Assembly: GCA_002774705.1 (NCBI GenBank)
Contig: PFCN01000033.1
Span: 1,277-53,399 of the forward strand
Length of the DNA: 52,123 nt
Source of the DNA: Candidatus Niyogibacteria bacterium CG10_big_fil_rev_8_21_14_0_10_42_19
Lineage (GTDB): Bacteria; Patescibacteriota; Minisyncoccia; 1-14-0-10-42-19
Reading direction: 5' to 3'
Shown: positions 25,281-35,049 of the stretch, one piece after another
How the letters are laid out: each line of letters opens with the position of its first letter
How positions within the stretch are numbered: the first letter of the stretch is position 1
Made by a program: the position numbers and the translations under genes
The notes under the pieces: generated by a model
The model's database searches: none
What the model was told of the DNA's origin: nothing
Seen by the model: only the letters and a program-made list of their open reading frames with translations

Positions 25281-26378
25281 TTAAATATTTTTCATCGGCA
25301 TCGCGAGATACACGTAACTTGCGTCATAAGGATCTTGGATTAAAACCGGTTTTGAGTCTCCGTTAAATCTCAATAATACGTCTGATGACGATATCATACT
25401 TATTCCGTCCATTATATATGAATAATTAAAAGTTACATTCAATCGCTCTCCCGTGACGTTTGAAGGTATTTGACTGACGTGTTCCCCAATATCGCTGTTT
25501 TTTGAAAATATTTCAAATAAATTGTCTTCGGGGTAAATATTAAATTTTATTTCACGAAGACGTCCCGAAAAAATACTTGCCAACCGAACACCATTAATAA
25601 AATCGGATTTTTTGACCTTAACTTCTGTAGAAAAAGTTGTCGGTATAATCTGTTCATAGTTAGGGAATTTTTCTTCTCGGATCCTGGTTACAAGAGAATA
25701 GTTTTTAGAACTAAAAACGGCCTGATTTTCTCCTATCGATAACACAATAGGATCATTAAAATGCTCTAATATTTTTCCTATCTCAAGCACATGTTTGAAA
25801 GGAAAAAGAATATTAAATCCTTCTTCTCCTTTAAAAGGTATAGTTTTTTCGGCCAGGCGGAAAGAATCGGTCGCGGCCATTTTTATTTTATTTTTTAAAA
25901 CATTAAAAAAGACACTTGATATTTCCGGTTTAATTTCGGAGGAAGACGCCGCCATTACAACACTAGCGATGCTTTTACTTAAATTTTCACAAGGTATTTC
26001 AACCGATCTTATTTTTTTAATCTTCGGAAAACTGGGGAATTCTTCCACCGGGTAACTTTTAAGATTTGTGGAGGTAGTTTGGGTTGTAAAAAAAACATCA
26101 TTATTTTTTGATTCTATTTTTATTTTTTCACCCGTTAATGTAGATATAAGAGACACGCAAGATTTAGCCGGAAGCACGACGGACCCCTCTTCTTTAACAC
26201 TAGCCGGCATCCACGCCTCAAAACCGGTATCAAGATTAGTTGAACTGACATGAATGGTGTTTTTTTTTGTATGTATCAACAACCCCTGTAAAAAAGGAAG
26301 ATGCGCCTCCTTGGACGTGTGTCGCTCGGCTAGCGTGATAATTTTATAAAATTGATCTTTCAGACAAGTTACGTTCAT
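25281..26378 (-). CDS. dnaN: DNA polymerase III beta subunit (sliding clamp)
   Basis: 365 aa with three-domain clamp architecture. It lies immediately downstream of dnaA and ends ...YLAMPM. Confidence 0.9.
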   Translation of the reverse strand: MNVTCLKDQFYKIITLAERHTSKEAHLPFLQGLLIHTKKNTIHVSSTNLDTGFEAWMPASVKEEGSVVLPAKSCVSLISTLTGEKIKIESKNNDVFFTTQTTSTNLKSYPVEEFPSFPKIKKIRSVEIPCENLSKSIASVVMAASSSEIKPEISSVFFNVLKNKIKMAATDSFRLAEKTIPFKGEEGFNILFPFKHVLEIGKILEHFNDPIVLSIGENQAVFSSKNYSLVTRIREEKFPNYEQIIPTTFSTEVKVKKSDFINGVRLASIFSGRLREIKFNIYPEDNLFEIFSKNSDIGEHVSQIPSNVTGERLNVTFNYSYIMDGISMISSSDVLLRFNGDSKPVLIQDPYDASYVYLAMPMKNI

Positions 26379-26660
26379 ATTTGTTTTTTAAAAAATACTT
26401 TTACCGGTCTTTATTTTAATATTAATTATTTTATATATATAAAATTAGTAGTAGTTATAGGGGCTGTTGATATGTGTATATATGTTTTTAACCGTTTGTT
26501 TTTATATTTTTTTATAAAAAATTTTTGCAAAAAAAAGTGGATAGATATACGTGGTAGTGTTAAATCTTTTTTTATAAAAATAGGACATAAGCTTTTATCA
26601 GTTGATATGCACAGTCAAGCAAGTTTGTTATACACAATTAATCTCCAAATTTTTCAACAA
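26379..26660. other. oriC candidate (dnaA-dnaN spacer): AT-rich unwinding region plus DnaA-box-like 9-mers
   Basis: TTATACACA (26628-26636) fits TTATNCACA. ATATGCACA, TGTGTATAT and AGTGGATAG are 7-8/9 matches. Long A/T runs span 26400-26530. Confidence 0.5.
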
Positions 26661-28028
26661 CTATTCCCCGTTATTATAGAAGCGTGATCTGATCTGGCGT
26701 ATCTCTTCGGTTAATTGCTCGCTTTTTTTTAATTCTTTACAAATTTTATCATAAGAATGAATGGCTGTTGTGTGGTCTCTCCCCCCGAATTTTTGTCCGA
26801 TATAAGGATAAGATCCATTAAAGTCTTCTCTTAATAAAAACATAGCGATTTGTCTCGGTTTGACTATCTCTTTTCTCCGGCTTTTTTCAAAAAGATGTTT
26901 TTCGGGGATGTTATAAAAAGACGCAACTGTCTGGATGATCTGCTGGGCTGTTGCTATTCTTTTTGGTTTGATGTTTTTAGAAAGAAAATTCTTAATTTCC
27001 TCGGTATTTAAAGTTTTATTAAGGAGGTTCGAGCGGGCAATAACCGAATTTAAAGCTCCTTCAAGCTCTCTAATATTGGATTGTATTATCGTTGCGATGT
27101 GGCTTAATATTTCGTCCGATATCGCTAGGTTTTTTTCCGCGGCTTTTGTTTTTAGTATAGCGAAACGCGCTTCATATTCCGGCTCCGATATGTCCGTTAT
27201 CATTCCTCCCTCAAAACGGGAGCGTAAGCGCTCTTCGATGTTCTCTATCGACTTAGGGGGACGGTCAGACGAAAAAACAATCTGCTTATTTTTTTCATAA
27301 AGAGTATTGAACGTGTGGAAAACTTCTTCCTGGGTTTGGATTTTTTTAGCGATAAATTGTATGTCGTCGATAATAAGCAGATCGATTGCCCTATATTTTT
27401 CTTTGAACGAAGCCGTTTCGCTGTTTTGTAGCGCGCTTATAAACTCGTTAGTGAATTTTTCGGATGAAATATATTTTATTTTTAAATTTGGGTCGGACTT
27501 TTTGATCTCATTCCCAATGGATTGTAAAAGATGTGTTTTACCCAACCCAACTCCGCCATATATGAAAAGGGGATTATAAAGAGTGCCCAAGTTTTTGGTT
27601 ACTGCCTTAGACGCGGCATGGGCGAGTTCGTTGAAAGAGCCCACAACAAAATTATCGAAAGTATAACGCGAATTAAGATTTGTTTCGCGGTCCACGACAA
27701 GTTCGGATATTTCTGGTTGTTCCTCCGCGAAGTATTTTTTGTTTTGGGGTTCGTGTAAGGGTTTGGTTGCGTCCGAAGAAAGGCGGGGTATTATTGAAAA
27801 GGCCACGTTTCGAGTTTCCGGGGCATGATTACGAAGCGCTTTCAGAATATATATATGATATTTATGCTCAAGCCACTCTTTAACGAAGGCGTTTGGGACG
27901 CCTACCGTTATTTCCCCCTCCAGCCGGTCGCAGATAGCCGTATTTTTAAACCATGTTATAAAATTTGCTTTCGAAACATCCGATTCTATATCGGTTAGCG
28001 CCTTTCCCCACAGTTCTTCGTTTGTCAT
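26661..28028 (-). CDS. dnaA: Chromosomal replication initiator protein DnaA
   Basis: Walker A GGVGLGKTHLL, DDIQF, sensor motifs, and C-terminal DNA-binding domain (...GGRDHTT..H...KI). Confidence 0.95.
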   Translation of the reverse strand: MTNEELWGKALTDIESDVSKANFITWFKNTAICDRLEGEITVGVPNAFVKEWLEHKYHIYILKALRNHAPETRNVAFSIIPRLSSDATKPLHEPQNKKYFAEEQPEISELVVDRETNLNSRYTFDNFVVGSFNELAHAASKAVTKNLGTLYNPLFIYGGVGLGKTHLLQSIGNEIKKSDPNLKIKYISSEKFTNEFISALQNSETASFKEKYRAIDLLIIDDIQFIAKKIQTQEEVFHTFNTLYEKNKQIVFSSDRPPKSIENIEERLRSRFEGGMITDISEPEYEARFAILKTKAAEKNLAISDEILSHIATIIQSNIRELEGALNSVIARSNLLNKTLNTEEIKNFLSKNIKPKRIATAQQIIQTVASFYNIPEKHLFEKSRRKEIVKPRQIAMFLLREDFNGSYPYIGQKFGGRDHTTAIHSYDKICKELKKSEQLTEEIRQIRSRFYNNGE

Positions 28029-28247
28029 AGAAAAAATAGGCTTAATTTAAAAAATAAAATATTTAAATTTAAAAAAAAGAATAATTTTATTATACAACTT
28101 TTATAAAGGAGAGTTTTTTAGAAGAAACTATGATAAACATTAATCTTATGTTAACAACGTGTGTATTCCCTGTGAATATTGTAAATGTTCGATTATGTGT
28201 TAGAGTAAAAGAATAAAAGAAATTTTTTATAATTTAGTGAATTTAAT
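28029..28247. other. rpmH-dnaA divergent intergenic region: alternative or second oriC module and promoters
   Basis: Very AT-rich. Box-like TGTGAATAT (8/9), TTATACAAC and TGTGTATTC (7/9). The coding-strand switch occurs here. Confidence 0.4.
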
Positions 28248-28385
28248 ATGCCAAAAAGAACCTATCAACCTAAAAAAAGAAAAAGGAAGAGAAGCCATGG
28301 ATTTATCCAGCGCAAAAGAACGTCGTCCGGGAAACGCGTATTAACCCGTCGCCGAAGAAAAGGAAGAAAGAGGATTACAGTATGA
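28248..28385 (+). CDS. rpmH: 50S ribosomal protein L34
   Basis: [45 protein letters not shown], below the track cutoff. Its TGA overlaps the rnpA ATG. Confidence 0.9.
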   Translation: MPKRTYQPKKRKRKRSHGFIQRKRTSSGKRVLTRRRRKGRKRITV

Positions 28386-28705
28386 CCCTCCCGAAAAAAA
28401 ATAGGATTACTTCAAAAGAAATAAAAGACATTTTTAAAAATGGGAGAAGGCTTGAAAACACCTTTTTATCGTTAATATTCATTAAAAATAAAAGAAAAAC
28501 ATCTCGGCTTACGGTTGTTATCCCATCAAAAATAATTAAAAGTAGCGTGAATAGAAACAAAATAAGAAGAAGATCGAAAGAAACATTCCGAAAAACTTTG
28601 CCTTTGTTTGAGTCTCATTATGATGTTGTGGTTTTGTTTCACAAAAACCCTCCCGCTTCTCAGGAAGACTTTTATGATATACTTAAAAAAGCTTTTAAGC
28701 TTTAA
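28382..28705 (+). CDS. rnpA: Ribonuclease P protein component
   Basis: LPKKNRI....F..IFK.G..........[16 protein letters not shown], in conserved rpmH-rnpA synteny. Confidence 0.85.
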   Translation: MTLPKKNRITSKEIKDIFKNGRRLENTFLSLIFIKNKRKTSRLTVVIPSKIIKSSVNRNKIRRRSKETFRKTLPLFESHYDVVVLFHKNPPASQEDFYDILKKAFKL

Positions 28706-28721
28706 AAAGCCACGTAAAACA

Positions 28722-29030
28722 ATGAGGCGCGATCAAAATTTTAAATTTATAAATAATAGTTTTAAAAACATGATTTTTTTATTTTCTCACACCACTTCCC
28801 GCGGGGCGAGGTTTTTTGTTTTAAAGACTATTGATTTTTACCAAACGTTTATTTCAAAAGACCAGGGAATATTTAAAACGAGAACGCGCAGTTGCCGTTT
28901 TTTCCCCTCGTGTTCGGAATATGCCGCCGGAGCTTTTAGGAAATACGGTTTTTTGAAAGCGTTTTTTATGTCTTTAAAAAGAATTATTCGTTGTAATCCT
29001 TTTCAAAAAGGAGGGTTTAATCCTATATGA
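28722..29030 (+). CDS. yidD: Membrane protein insertion efficiency factor YidD
   Basis: YQ..IS......CRFFPSCSEYA..A....G.......RI.RCNPF..GG.DP. The track ORF starts at 28608 inside rnpA. An internal ATG at 28722 (or 28770) is more plausible. Confidence 0.75.
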   Translation: MRRDQNFKFINNSFKNMIFLFSHTTSRGARFFVLKTIDFYQTFISKDQGIFKTRTRSCRFFPSCSEYAAGAFRKYGFLKAFFMSLKRIIRCNPFQKGGFNPI

Positions 29031-29812
29031 GTTTTTTGGTTGATTTTTATAATATAATTTTCTTCAAGCCACTTTTAAATGCGTTGGTTTTTCTTACATC
29101 TGTTGTTCCTTTTCATGACCTTGGGGTAGCTGTTATATTGCTCACGCTTATTGTGCGCACTATTATTTTTCCTTTTACCCATCGTTCGGTCCAGACGCAG
29201 GCAAAAATGCGCGCAATCGAGCCACACCTAAAAAAGATACGCGATGAACATAAAAACAACCAAGCAGAGCTGGCAAAAAAGACGATGGAGCTTTATAAAG
29301 AGCACGGAGTTTCTCCTTTTTCGGGGTGTCTTCTTCTTTTAATTCAGCTTCCGATTTTAATCGCCATGTACCGCTTGTTTATTGAAGATATTTCGGGTGC
29401 GTCAGCTCATCTTTATTCGTTCGTTCATTTTCCGGAATATATAAGATATTCTTTTTTCGGTTTGGTTGATATGACCAAACCCAACATAGTGTTGGCGGTG
29501 ATTGTAGGATTATCCCAATATATTCAAATGAAATTGGTGATGCCTCCAAAAAAAGCGTTCGACAAGAATAAAAAAGAAAGACCTTCTTTTAAAGAAGAAT
29601 TTTCTCAATCAATGGCAACGCAATCGGTATATATATTTCCTTTTCTTATATTTTTTATCTCCATTAGATTTCCGTCAGCCGTCGCTCTTTATTGGACAAC
29701 TTCGAATGTTTTTGCTACTGTACATGAAGGAATTGTAAGAAAAAAAGCTAAAAAATATGAACGAGAAAATGAAAGAAGAGATCCAGGCGCTGATAAAAAC
29801 ATTGATCGATAA
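29027..29812 (+). CDS. yidC: Membrane protein insertase YidC (short, Gram-positive-like form)
   Basis: Five TM segments, conserved R in TM1 (LIVRTIIFP), K..M..LQP-type segment, basic C-terminal tail. Confidence 0.85.
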   Translation: MSFLVDFYNIIFFKPLLNALVFLTSVVPFHDLGVAVILLTLIVRTIIFPFTHRSVQTQAKMRAIEPHLKKIRDEHKNNQAELAKKTMELYKEHGVSPFSGCLLLLIQLPILIAMYRLFIEDISGASAHLYSFVHFPEYIRYSFFGLVDMTKPNIVLAVIVGLSQYIQMKLVMPPKKAFDKNKKERPSFKEEFSQSMATQSVYIFPFLIFFISIRFPSAVALYWTTSNVFATVHEGIVRKKAKKYERENERRDPGADKNIDR

Positions 29813-30215
29813 AATGGGTGTTTTGGCATCCGTAGATATCAATGAAATTTTTGATACAACCCAATTCGTTATAAAAAGCAAAGACGCCGGGATTTTAATA
29901 GGAATAAACGGTGCAAATTTAAAAGCTTTTAATCATGTGGTTCGTAGAATGTCCGAAAAAATATCGGGGTCCGAAAAAGGGGCAAGGTTTTCGGTTGATG
30001 TAAATGACTATCAAAAACAAAGGATTGACTCGCTCCATGAATTGGCTAAGATGTCCGCGCAGAGAGTGAGGTATTTTAAAAAAGACGTCGAAATGGAGTC
30101 TATGAATGCTTTTGACCGGAGGATTATTCATAGCGCTCTTGCGGAATATCCGGATATTGTTACCGAAAGCACCGGCGAGGGGATGAATAGGAGGGTGGTG
30201 ATTAAACCCTTGTAA
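29757..30215 (+). CDS. Jag/KhpB-like RNA-binding protein (KH + R3H domains)
   Basis: KH-like GILIGINGANLKAFNHV and an R3H segment (MNAFDRRIIHSAL). It overlaps yidC by 56 nt. Conserved yidC-jag synteny. Confidence 0.75.
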   Translation: MNEKMKEEIQALIKTLIDKMGVLASVDINEIFDTTQFVIKSKDAGILIGINGANLKAFNHVVRRMSEKISGSEKGARFSVDVNDYQKQRIDSLHELAKMSAQRVRYFKKDVEMESMNAFDRRIIHSALAEYPDIVTESTGEGMNRRVVIKPL

Positions 30216-30230
30216 AAAATAAATTAATAC

Positions 30231-30258
30231 AAAAAACCGAGATTGCGCCGGTTTTTTT
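30231..30258. terminator. Weak A-run/short hairpin/T-run after jag
   Basis: AAAAAACCG-9 nt-CGGTTTTTTT. Only 3 GC pairs. Confidence 0.4.
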
Positions 30259-30329
30259 ATTTTTATTTTTAGCGGAGAATTATAATTTTTAAATTTTAGT
30301 TATAGGAGTTTGTGTGGGATTTTAAACAT

Positions 30330-31454
30330 CTAAACCGCTCTCAAAGCAAGGCCTATTGCTGAGGCGTATTTTAGTGAATTTTTGAAAAGTATCGGCGGGA
30401 TGAAGTCGTCAAACGAAGCTACGTTTGTCCAGACATTTACGTATTCAACGTCGATATTAAGAGTGTGCGAAAGATAGTCATTAAGTCCGTACATATTAGT
30501 TTCACCGCCACAAAGAAGTATTTTTTTTATTTTACGGGATGGGGCGAAATGGACATGTACCGCGTGGGTTTCCCAAAAATCTATAAGCTTTGAAAGCTCA
30601 TCTCTTAAAGCCGAGACGATCGGCAGGACTATTTCATACATTTTTTCATCGGGGGAGGAGGCCAGCAGGCTTGCCCTTTCTTTTTTTATTCGCTCGGCTT
30701 CAAGAATAGATACGCCAAAAGCCTTTGATATTGCTTTGTCTATATTTTTTCCGGACACCGAAGTGGTTGAAGCAAAGCGTACTTGTTTTTCGGAAACAAT
30801 TATAAAGCTGGTCCGAGTTCTGCCGAAATCCATTATCAAATACGTGTCGCGGGAGTTTTTTGGTATGCATGCCCGCGCTATCGCGTGCATTTCCAGATCG
30901 AAGCCGACCGGTTCCAGTCCTGCTTTTTGGTACGTTTCATAATACGAAGAAACCAATTTGGACGGGGCCGCGGCTATCATGACATCCAAATGTTGGGGCT
31001 TTAAAGAAGTAGCCGTTTTTTCTATGATCTCGAAATCAAAATTTACCTCACCCGGAGGCAGAGGGATATGTTCCGAAAGCTGGACCTCTAACACCTGTTT
31101 AATGTTCGAGGTCGCCATCATTGGCAATTCCACCGCGCTTAAATACGCTTTTTCTTCCGGAAGAGAGGAAATTATATATCGTATTCCTTGGGGCACGCAG
31201 CTTTCTTTTAAAAAGCCGGCCAGTTCTTCTTGTTTGATTATTTCACCCGATACGATCAGCCCTTCCGGTATAACTTTATTCCCAAAATTACTTATTCGGA
31301 GTCCCTCGGGGGTTCGTATGAGTTTAATAAATTTAAGAGTGCGATCCGAAATATCGAGACCGTATGCGGGCATCTCCAAAAATTTGGGAGGGGGGAATAT
31401 TTTATATAAGAGAGACATTATATATATAATACCACACAAAACAACGCGCTTCAT
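30330..31454 (-). CDS. pilM: Type IV pilus assembly protein PilM (actin-like ATPase fold)
   Basis: YGLDISDRTLKFIKL N-terminus and actin/FtsA-like phosphate motifs (MDFGRTRTS, LCGGETN). Confidence 0.75.
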   Translation of the reverse strand: MKRVVLCGIIYIMSLLYKIFPPPKFLEMPAYGLDISDRTLKFIKLIRTPEGLRISNFGNKVIPEGLIVSGEIIKQEELAGFLKESCVPQGIRYIISSLPEEKAYLSAVELPMMATSNIKQVLEVQLSEHIPLPPGEVNFDFEIIEKTATSLKPQHLDVMIAAAPSKLVSSYYETYQKAGLEPVGFDLEMHAIARACIPKNSRDTYLIMDFGRTRTSFIIVSEKQVRFASTTSVSGKNIDKAISKAFGVSILEAERIKKERASLLASSPDEKMYEIVLPIVSALRDELSKLIDFWETHAVHVHFAPSRKIKKILLCGGETNMYGLNDYLSHTLNIDVEYVNVWTNVASFDDFIPPILFKNSLKYASAIGLALRAV

Positions 31455-31696
31455 CTTTAGAGTGGATTAGAATGTTTATAATATTGTACGAGTTTAATTT
31501 AAAATTAGAAAATCAAAATGGAAAATAATCCCTATTTTATTAAGAACTCTTAATTTTATAGTCTTACTATGTCTGGACAAGATCGGAATAATGTAAATTT
31601 TCCATCGGAAACGAAACAGTCTTTGGTTAAAAAATATAAAAAAACATTCAACATTTTAAATTATTATTTTAATTTTTGATATCCGCGCTTTAATTT

Positions 31697-32203
31697 TTAA
31701 TAACTTCCCCTTAACACCGCGGTTCCGCTGAAATCCCCGGAATAAGTATATTTGCCGTTGGTTTTTTCGGCTGTAAATTCAATCTTAGCGCCCTGTGAGG
31801 TTGAAGAAGCGGTTATTTTATAAAAAACGAGATTCGTGATCTTTATTCCGGAGGTGAGCGTCCTTTCTTGTCCGCCCCCTTCTTTGATAATAAGATCCGG
31901 CCCGCGGACAAAAAATTCTAGGGTTTGGGGGGTGTCGTCGCTTGAGCTTATCACTGTATTTAATTTAAGCGTTCCCGGACTCGTTCCTAGAACGCTGCCG
32001 TCTTCTACGATCTCGGAGGCGAGCCTCACTTCACGCATCATGCGCTCCATGGCGGATCTTCCTTGGTTTGATACTTCTTTTGATATGCGAGCGCGGACAA
32101 AAGAAGAGCTCAAAAGAATAGATGAGTTCGTGACAACGGCGAGCATCATTGTGAGTATCGTGATATAGATTATTATTTCAAGCAACGAAAAACCCTTCGT
32201 CAT
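31697..32203 (-). CDS. Prepilin-type N-terminal cleavage/methylation domain protein (pilin/pseudopilin)
   Basis: MTKG|FSLLEIIIYITIL... is a class III signal peptide with Glu+5. Confidence 0.8.
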   Translation of the reverse strand: MTKGFSLLEIIIYITILTMMLAVVTNSSILLSSSFVRARISKEVSNQGRSAMERMMREVRLASEIVEDGSVLGTSPGTLKLNTVISSSDDTPQTLEFFVRGPDLIIKEGGGQERTLTSGIKITNLVFYKITASSTSQGAKIEFTAEKTNGKYTYSGDFSGTAVLRGSY

Positions 32204-32207
32204 ATTA

Positions 32208-32735
32208 TTAATTTTCGAACAAGTTGGTTAGATATGTGGAGGCCGATTTGACGGTATTTGTTTGGCGGTTGGAAAACCACGTTGCCGTAACGGTTATTTT
32301 TTTTGTCCCGGGGTCTATTGATTTTTCGTCCGGTGAAGTTGATGCCACAATATTTAAGTCCGACTTTTTCCGATAAACATCTTCAAACGTAATAATTCTT
32401 TCAAAGCGGTCATCAATAAGTCCGGGGTTTTCGGTTATTAGCGCCCACTTGTTAGTACTCGTAGAAAAAGAGGGATAGTAGATAGTCCCCTGGACAACGG
32501 TATTAATATTCTTTTGCCAACTTTCATCTCTAAGAGAACGCACCACCTCAAAACCCTCGGTTATTAAAAATTGAGCGCGACTGTTCACGGAGGACTCTCC
32601 TATTATTTTGAAAGCGATCTGCGCGGTTCTTATGAGCGTAAAAAAAGCTAAGGAAATAATACCCAAAGCAAGCACGATCTCGATAAGTCCGAATCCTTTT
32701 TTATTCTTTAAGTTGTGAGAGGCTGTTTTTTTCAT
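32208..32735 (-). CDS. Prepilin-type N-terminal cleavage/methylation domain protein (minor pilin)
   Basis: ...KKG|FGLIEIVLALGII.... Confidence 0.8.
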   Translation of the reverse strand: MKKTASHNLKNKKGFGLIEIVLALGIISLAFFTLIRTAQIAFKIIGESSVNSRAQFLITEGFEVVRSLRDESWQKNINTVVQGTIYYPSFSTSTNKWALITENPGLIDDRFERIITFEDVYRKKSDLNIVASTSPDEKSIDPGTKKITVTATWFSNRQTNTVKSASTYLTNLFEN

Positions 32736-33829
32736 ATCCCAATCTCAAAAAGTTGGTTTATTTCATGAGGCTTAAGAGCCCGGCCGTATACGCGCACTTC
32801 ATCCATTGTGCCTATAAAACCGCCCAGAGAGCCGTCTCCGCCGATCTTTAATTCATTTGAACCGCCCTGAAGCTGGCCCGAGAAGTCGTTTCTTGAGGCG
32901 GTGAGCGTCCCGTTTACGTATGTTTCAAGCAGAGACCCTTCCCTCCTGTATACTATGTGGTACCACGTATCCGCCAAGAATGACTCGCTTGTCGCCAGTT
33001 CATAAAACAAACCGGAGTCATTATAAGTTTTAAACATCGGCCCGCCGGTATTTAAAAATCCGGTCTCGTATTTGAAAGGATTTGCATAATAAATAAAATA
33101 ATTCCAACCGCTATGGAAGCTTGAAGAATTGACCGAAGGCTTTACCCAAAGCGATATTGTAATGTCGCCGGCGTGGTCAAGGCCATTCGTGGTAGGAATC
33201 GAAACATATGAATCGATTCCGTTAAAAATTATTCCTTTACATATTTTCCCCGCGACCCTTCCGGATAGCGGGTCTATATTTACCAGCGACCCGTCATTGT
33301 TATTAATACTTGAATCGTATGCTGTTAGGCCATCGGTTTCATTAAAATTCCAGTACCCATCGAGACCCTCAGGATTTTTTAAAATACTTATACCTCCCGC
33401 CGGCTGGATGACGATAGTTTTAGAGCTTAACTTATTTATTTTTGAATTAAACACAACGGCTCCGAATTGAGAGGTCCCGCCGGTGGAACGGTTAAAAATT
33501 ACATCGGCCCCCCCGCCGTTTAATGAAAGACACCCGATCTCTACCGTTTTGCCCAGGAGGACTTCTTTGTTTTCCGGATTGCCCGCGTTATATAAATCTC
33601 CTTTAAACAACACAATCTTATTGGTTTCAAAATGCACGCCATAATTTGACGCGCCTTTAGACGAAAGAGTATTTAACTTTGCTTCCGCCAAAGTAGATAG
33701 ACCTGTCTCCGCGTAGGAATTTAATTCCGCGCTTTGTTTAAACCTGGGAAATACGCTTAAAGCGAGGGTCGATATGATAATGATCAGGGAGGCCGCTATT
33801 AAAAGCTCGATAAAAGTTATTCCTTTCAT
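32732..33829 (-). CDS. Prepilin-type protein with a GspH/FimT-like core and a C-terminal LamG (concanavalin A-like lectin) domain
   Basis: MKG|ITFIELLIAASL.... The C-terminal half reads W.FNETDG...D.S...NDG.L.......GK....F.G.DSYV..P....ITISLWVKP....WYHIV..R.G....YVNG......LKIGG....F.G.MDEVRVY.RAL. Confidence 0.75.
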   Translation of the reverse strand: MKGITFIELLIAASLIIIISTLALSVFPRFKQSAELNSYAETGLSTLAEAKLNTLSSKGASNYGVHFETNKIVLFKGDLYNAGNPENKEVLLGKTVEIGCLSLNGGGADVIFNRSTGGTSQFGAVVFNSKINKLSSKTIVIQPAGGISILKNPEGLDGYWNFNETDGLTAYDSSINNNDGSLVNIDPLSGRVAGKICKGIIFNGIDSYVSIPTTNGLDHAGDITISLWVKPSVNSSSFHSGWNYFIYYANPFKYETGFLNTGGPMFKTYNDSGLFYELATSESFLADTWYHIVYRREGSLLETYVNGTLTASRNDFSGQLQGGSNELKIGGDGSLGGFIGTMDEVRVYGRALKPHEINQLFEIGI

Positions 33830-33832
33830 AAA

Positions 33833-35047
33833 TTAAAGTCCGGCCATAGACGAATAGAGAGGCGTTATCATTGAAAAAGCAAAAAACCCGACCACGATAC
33901 CTATGATTATCATAAGAAAAGGCTCGATTATGGTTGAAATGTTTTTAGTTTGGGCATCAACCTCCTGTTCATAAAAAGAAGCAAGGCGTTCGAGCATTTT
34001 CGATAATTTTCCGGTCTCCTCTCCGACCGCCATCATTTCTCCCACCAGAAGCGGGAAAAGATCCTGGTTTTCGATGAAAGACTTGGAAACGGTGTTCCCC
34101 TTTTGGATGTCTGTTTTTGAATCGCGAATGACTTTTTTAAAACGGGGATTTTGGATGACGTTTTCGGTGACATCCAATGCTTCAAGGATCTCAACTCCGG
34201 CTCCGAGCAAGGACCCGAAAGTGCGGGCGGTGCGGGCGGCATTTATTTTTTTTACTAACCCCGATATTATGGGGATTCTAAGGGTTAATCCCGAAACAAA
34301 ATCACTAACTTTATCGTTCTTTAAGATAATTCGCAACACAATCGCAAGACCCGCGATCATGAAAATGGTAATAAAAATATTATTGGTCAAAAAGTTGCTT
34401 GTCGCGAGCATTATTCTTGTGCTTAACGGGAGCTCTATCCCGAGCTCTTCAAACGTTGAGACAAGCGTTGGCACCACATACATCATCATTATTACGCCTA
34501 TTACCGCCATTGAAATAAGAATTATGACAGGATAAATAAAAGCCCCGCGTACTTTTCTTCTTAGGTCATATTCTCGTTCAAGCTGCCCCGCGATAAGAAG
34601 GAGGGATTCTTCAAGGTTTCCCGACGTTTCCCCCGCCTTGATCATGGCGACAAAAAGACGGGAAAAAATTTTGGGGTGCTCAGACATGGCTTCCGATAAG
34701 GGCTTACCGCGCCGGATGTTATCCGAAAGATCGCCTATGACCTCTTTGAATTTTGCGTTAGTTGTTTGCCTCGTGAGCACTTCAAGCCCCCGGGTTAAGG
34801 CTACGCCAGCTCCCACCATAACCGAAAGATTACGTGAAAAGATCATTTTTTCGCTCATCGACACCGATCTTTTGGGGGTAAGTTTATTGAGAGAAAAATA
34901 AGGCAGAGCTGATTTTTTTTTGAAAGAGACAAGCATATACCCCTTCTTTCTTAAGGACTCGGCTAAAGTGAATTGGTTTTCGGTGTCTTCTTGTCCGTTT
35001 ATCTCTTCACCCGATATTTTTTTTGCGCTGTATGAATATAAGGTCAT
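33833..35047 (-). CDS. pilC: Type IV pilus platform protein PilC (GspF family)
   Basis: Two GspF repeats (e.g. G.PLSEAM..HPKIFS.LFV.MI.AGE.SG.L) and three TM segments. Confidence 0.9.
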   Translation of the reverse strand: MTLYSYSAKKISGEEINGQEDTENQFTLAESLRKKGYMLVSFKKKSALPYFSLNKLTPKRSVSMSEKMIFSRNLSVMVGAGVALTRGLEVLTRQTTNAKFKEVIGDLSDNIRRGKPLSEAMSEHPKIFSRLFVAMIKAGETSGNLEESLLLIAGQLEREYDLRRKVRGAFIYPVIILISMAVIGVIMMMYVVPTLVSTFEELGIELPLSTRIMLATSNFLTNNIFITIFMIAGLAIVLRIILKNDKVSDFVSGLTLRIPIISGLVKKINAARTARTFGSLLGAGVEILEALDVTENVIQNPRFKKVIRDSKTDIQKGNTVSKSFIENQDLFPLLVGEMMAVGEETGKLSKMLERLASFYEQEVDAQTKNISTIIEPFLMIIIGIVVGFFAFSMITPLYSSMAGL

Positions 35048-35049
35048 AA

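Noticed and set aside
28608-28721. The long version of the yidD ORF, starting at 28608.
   Set aside because: That start lies inside rnpA in another frame and adds a non-conserved N-terminal extension. The YidD-like sequence begins well after the internal ATGs at 28722 and 28770.
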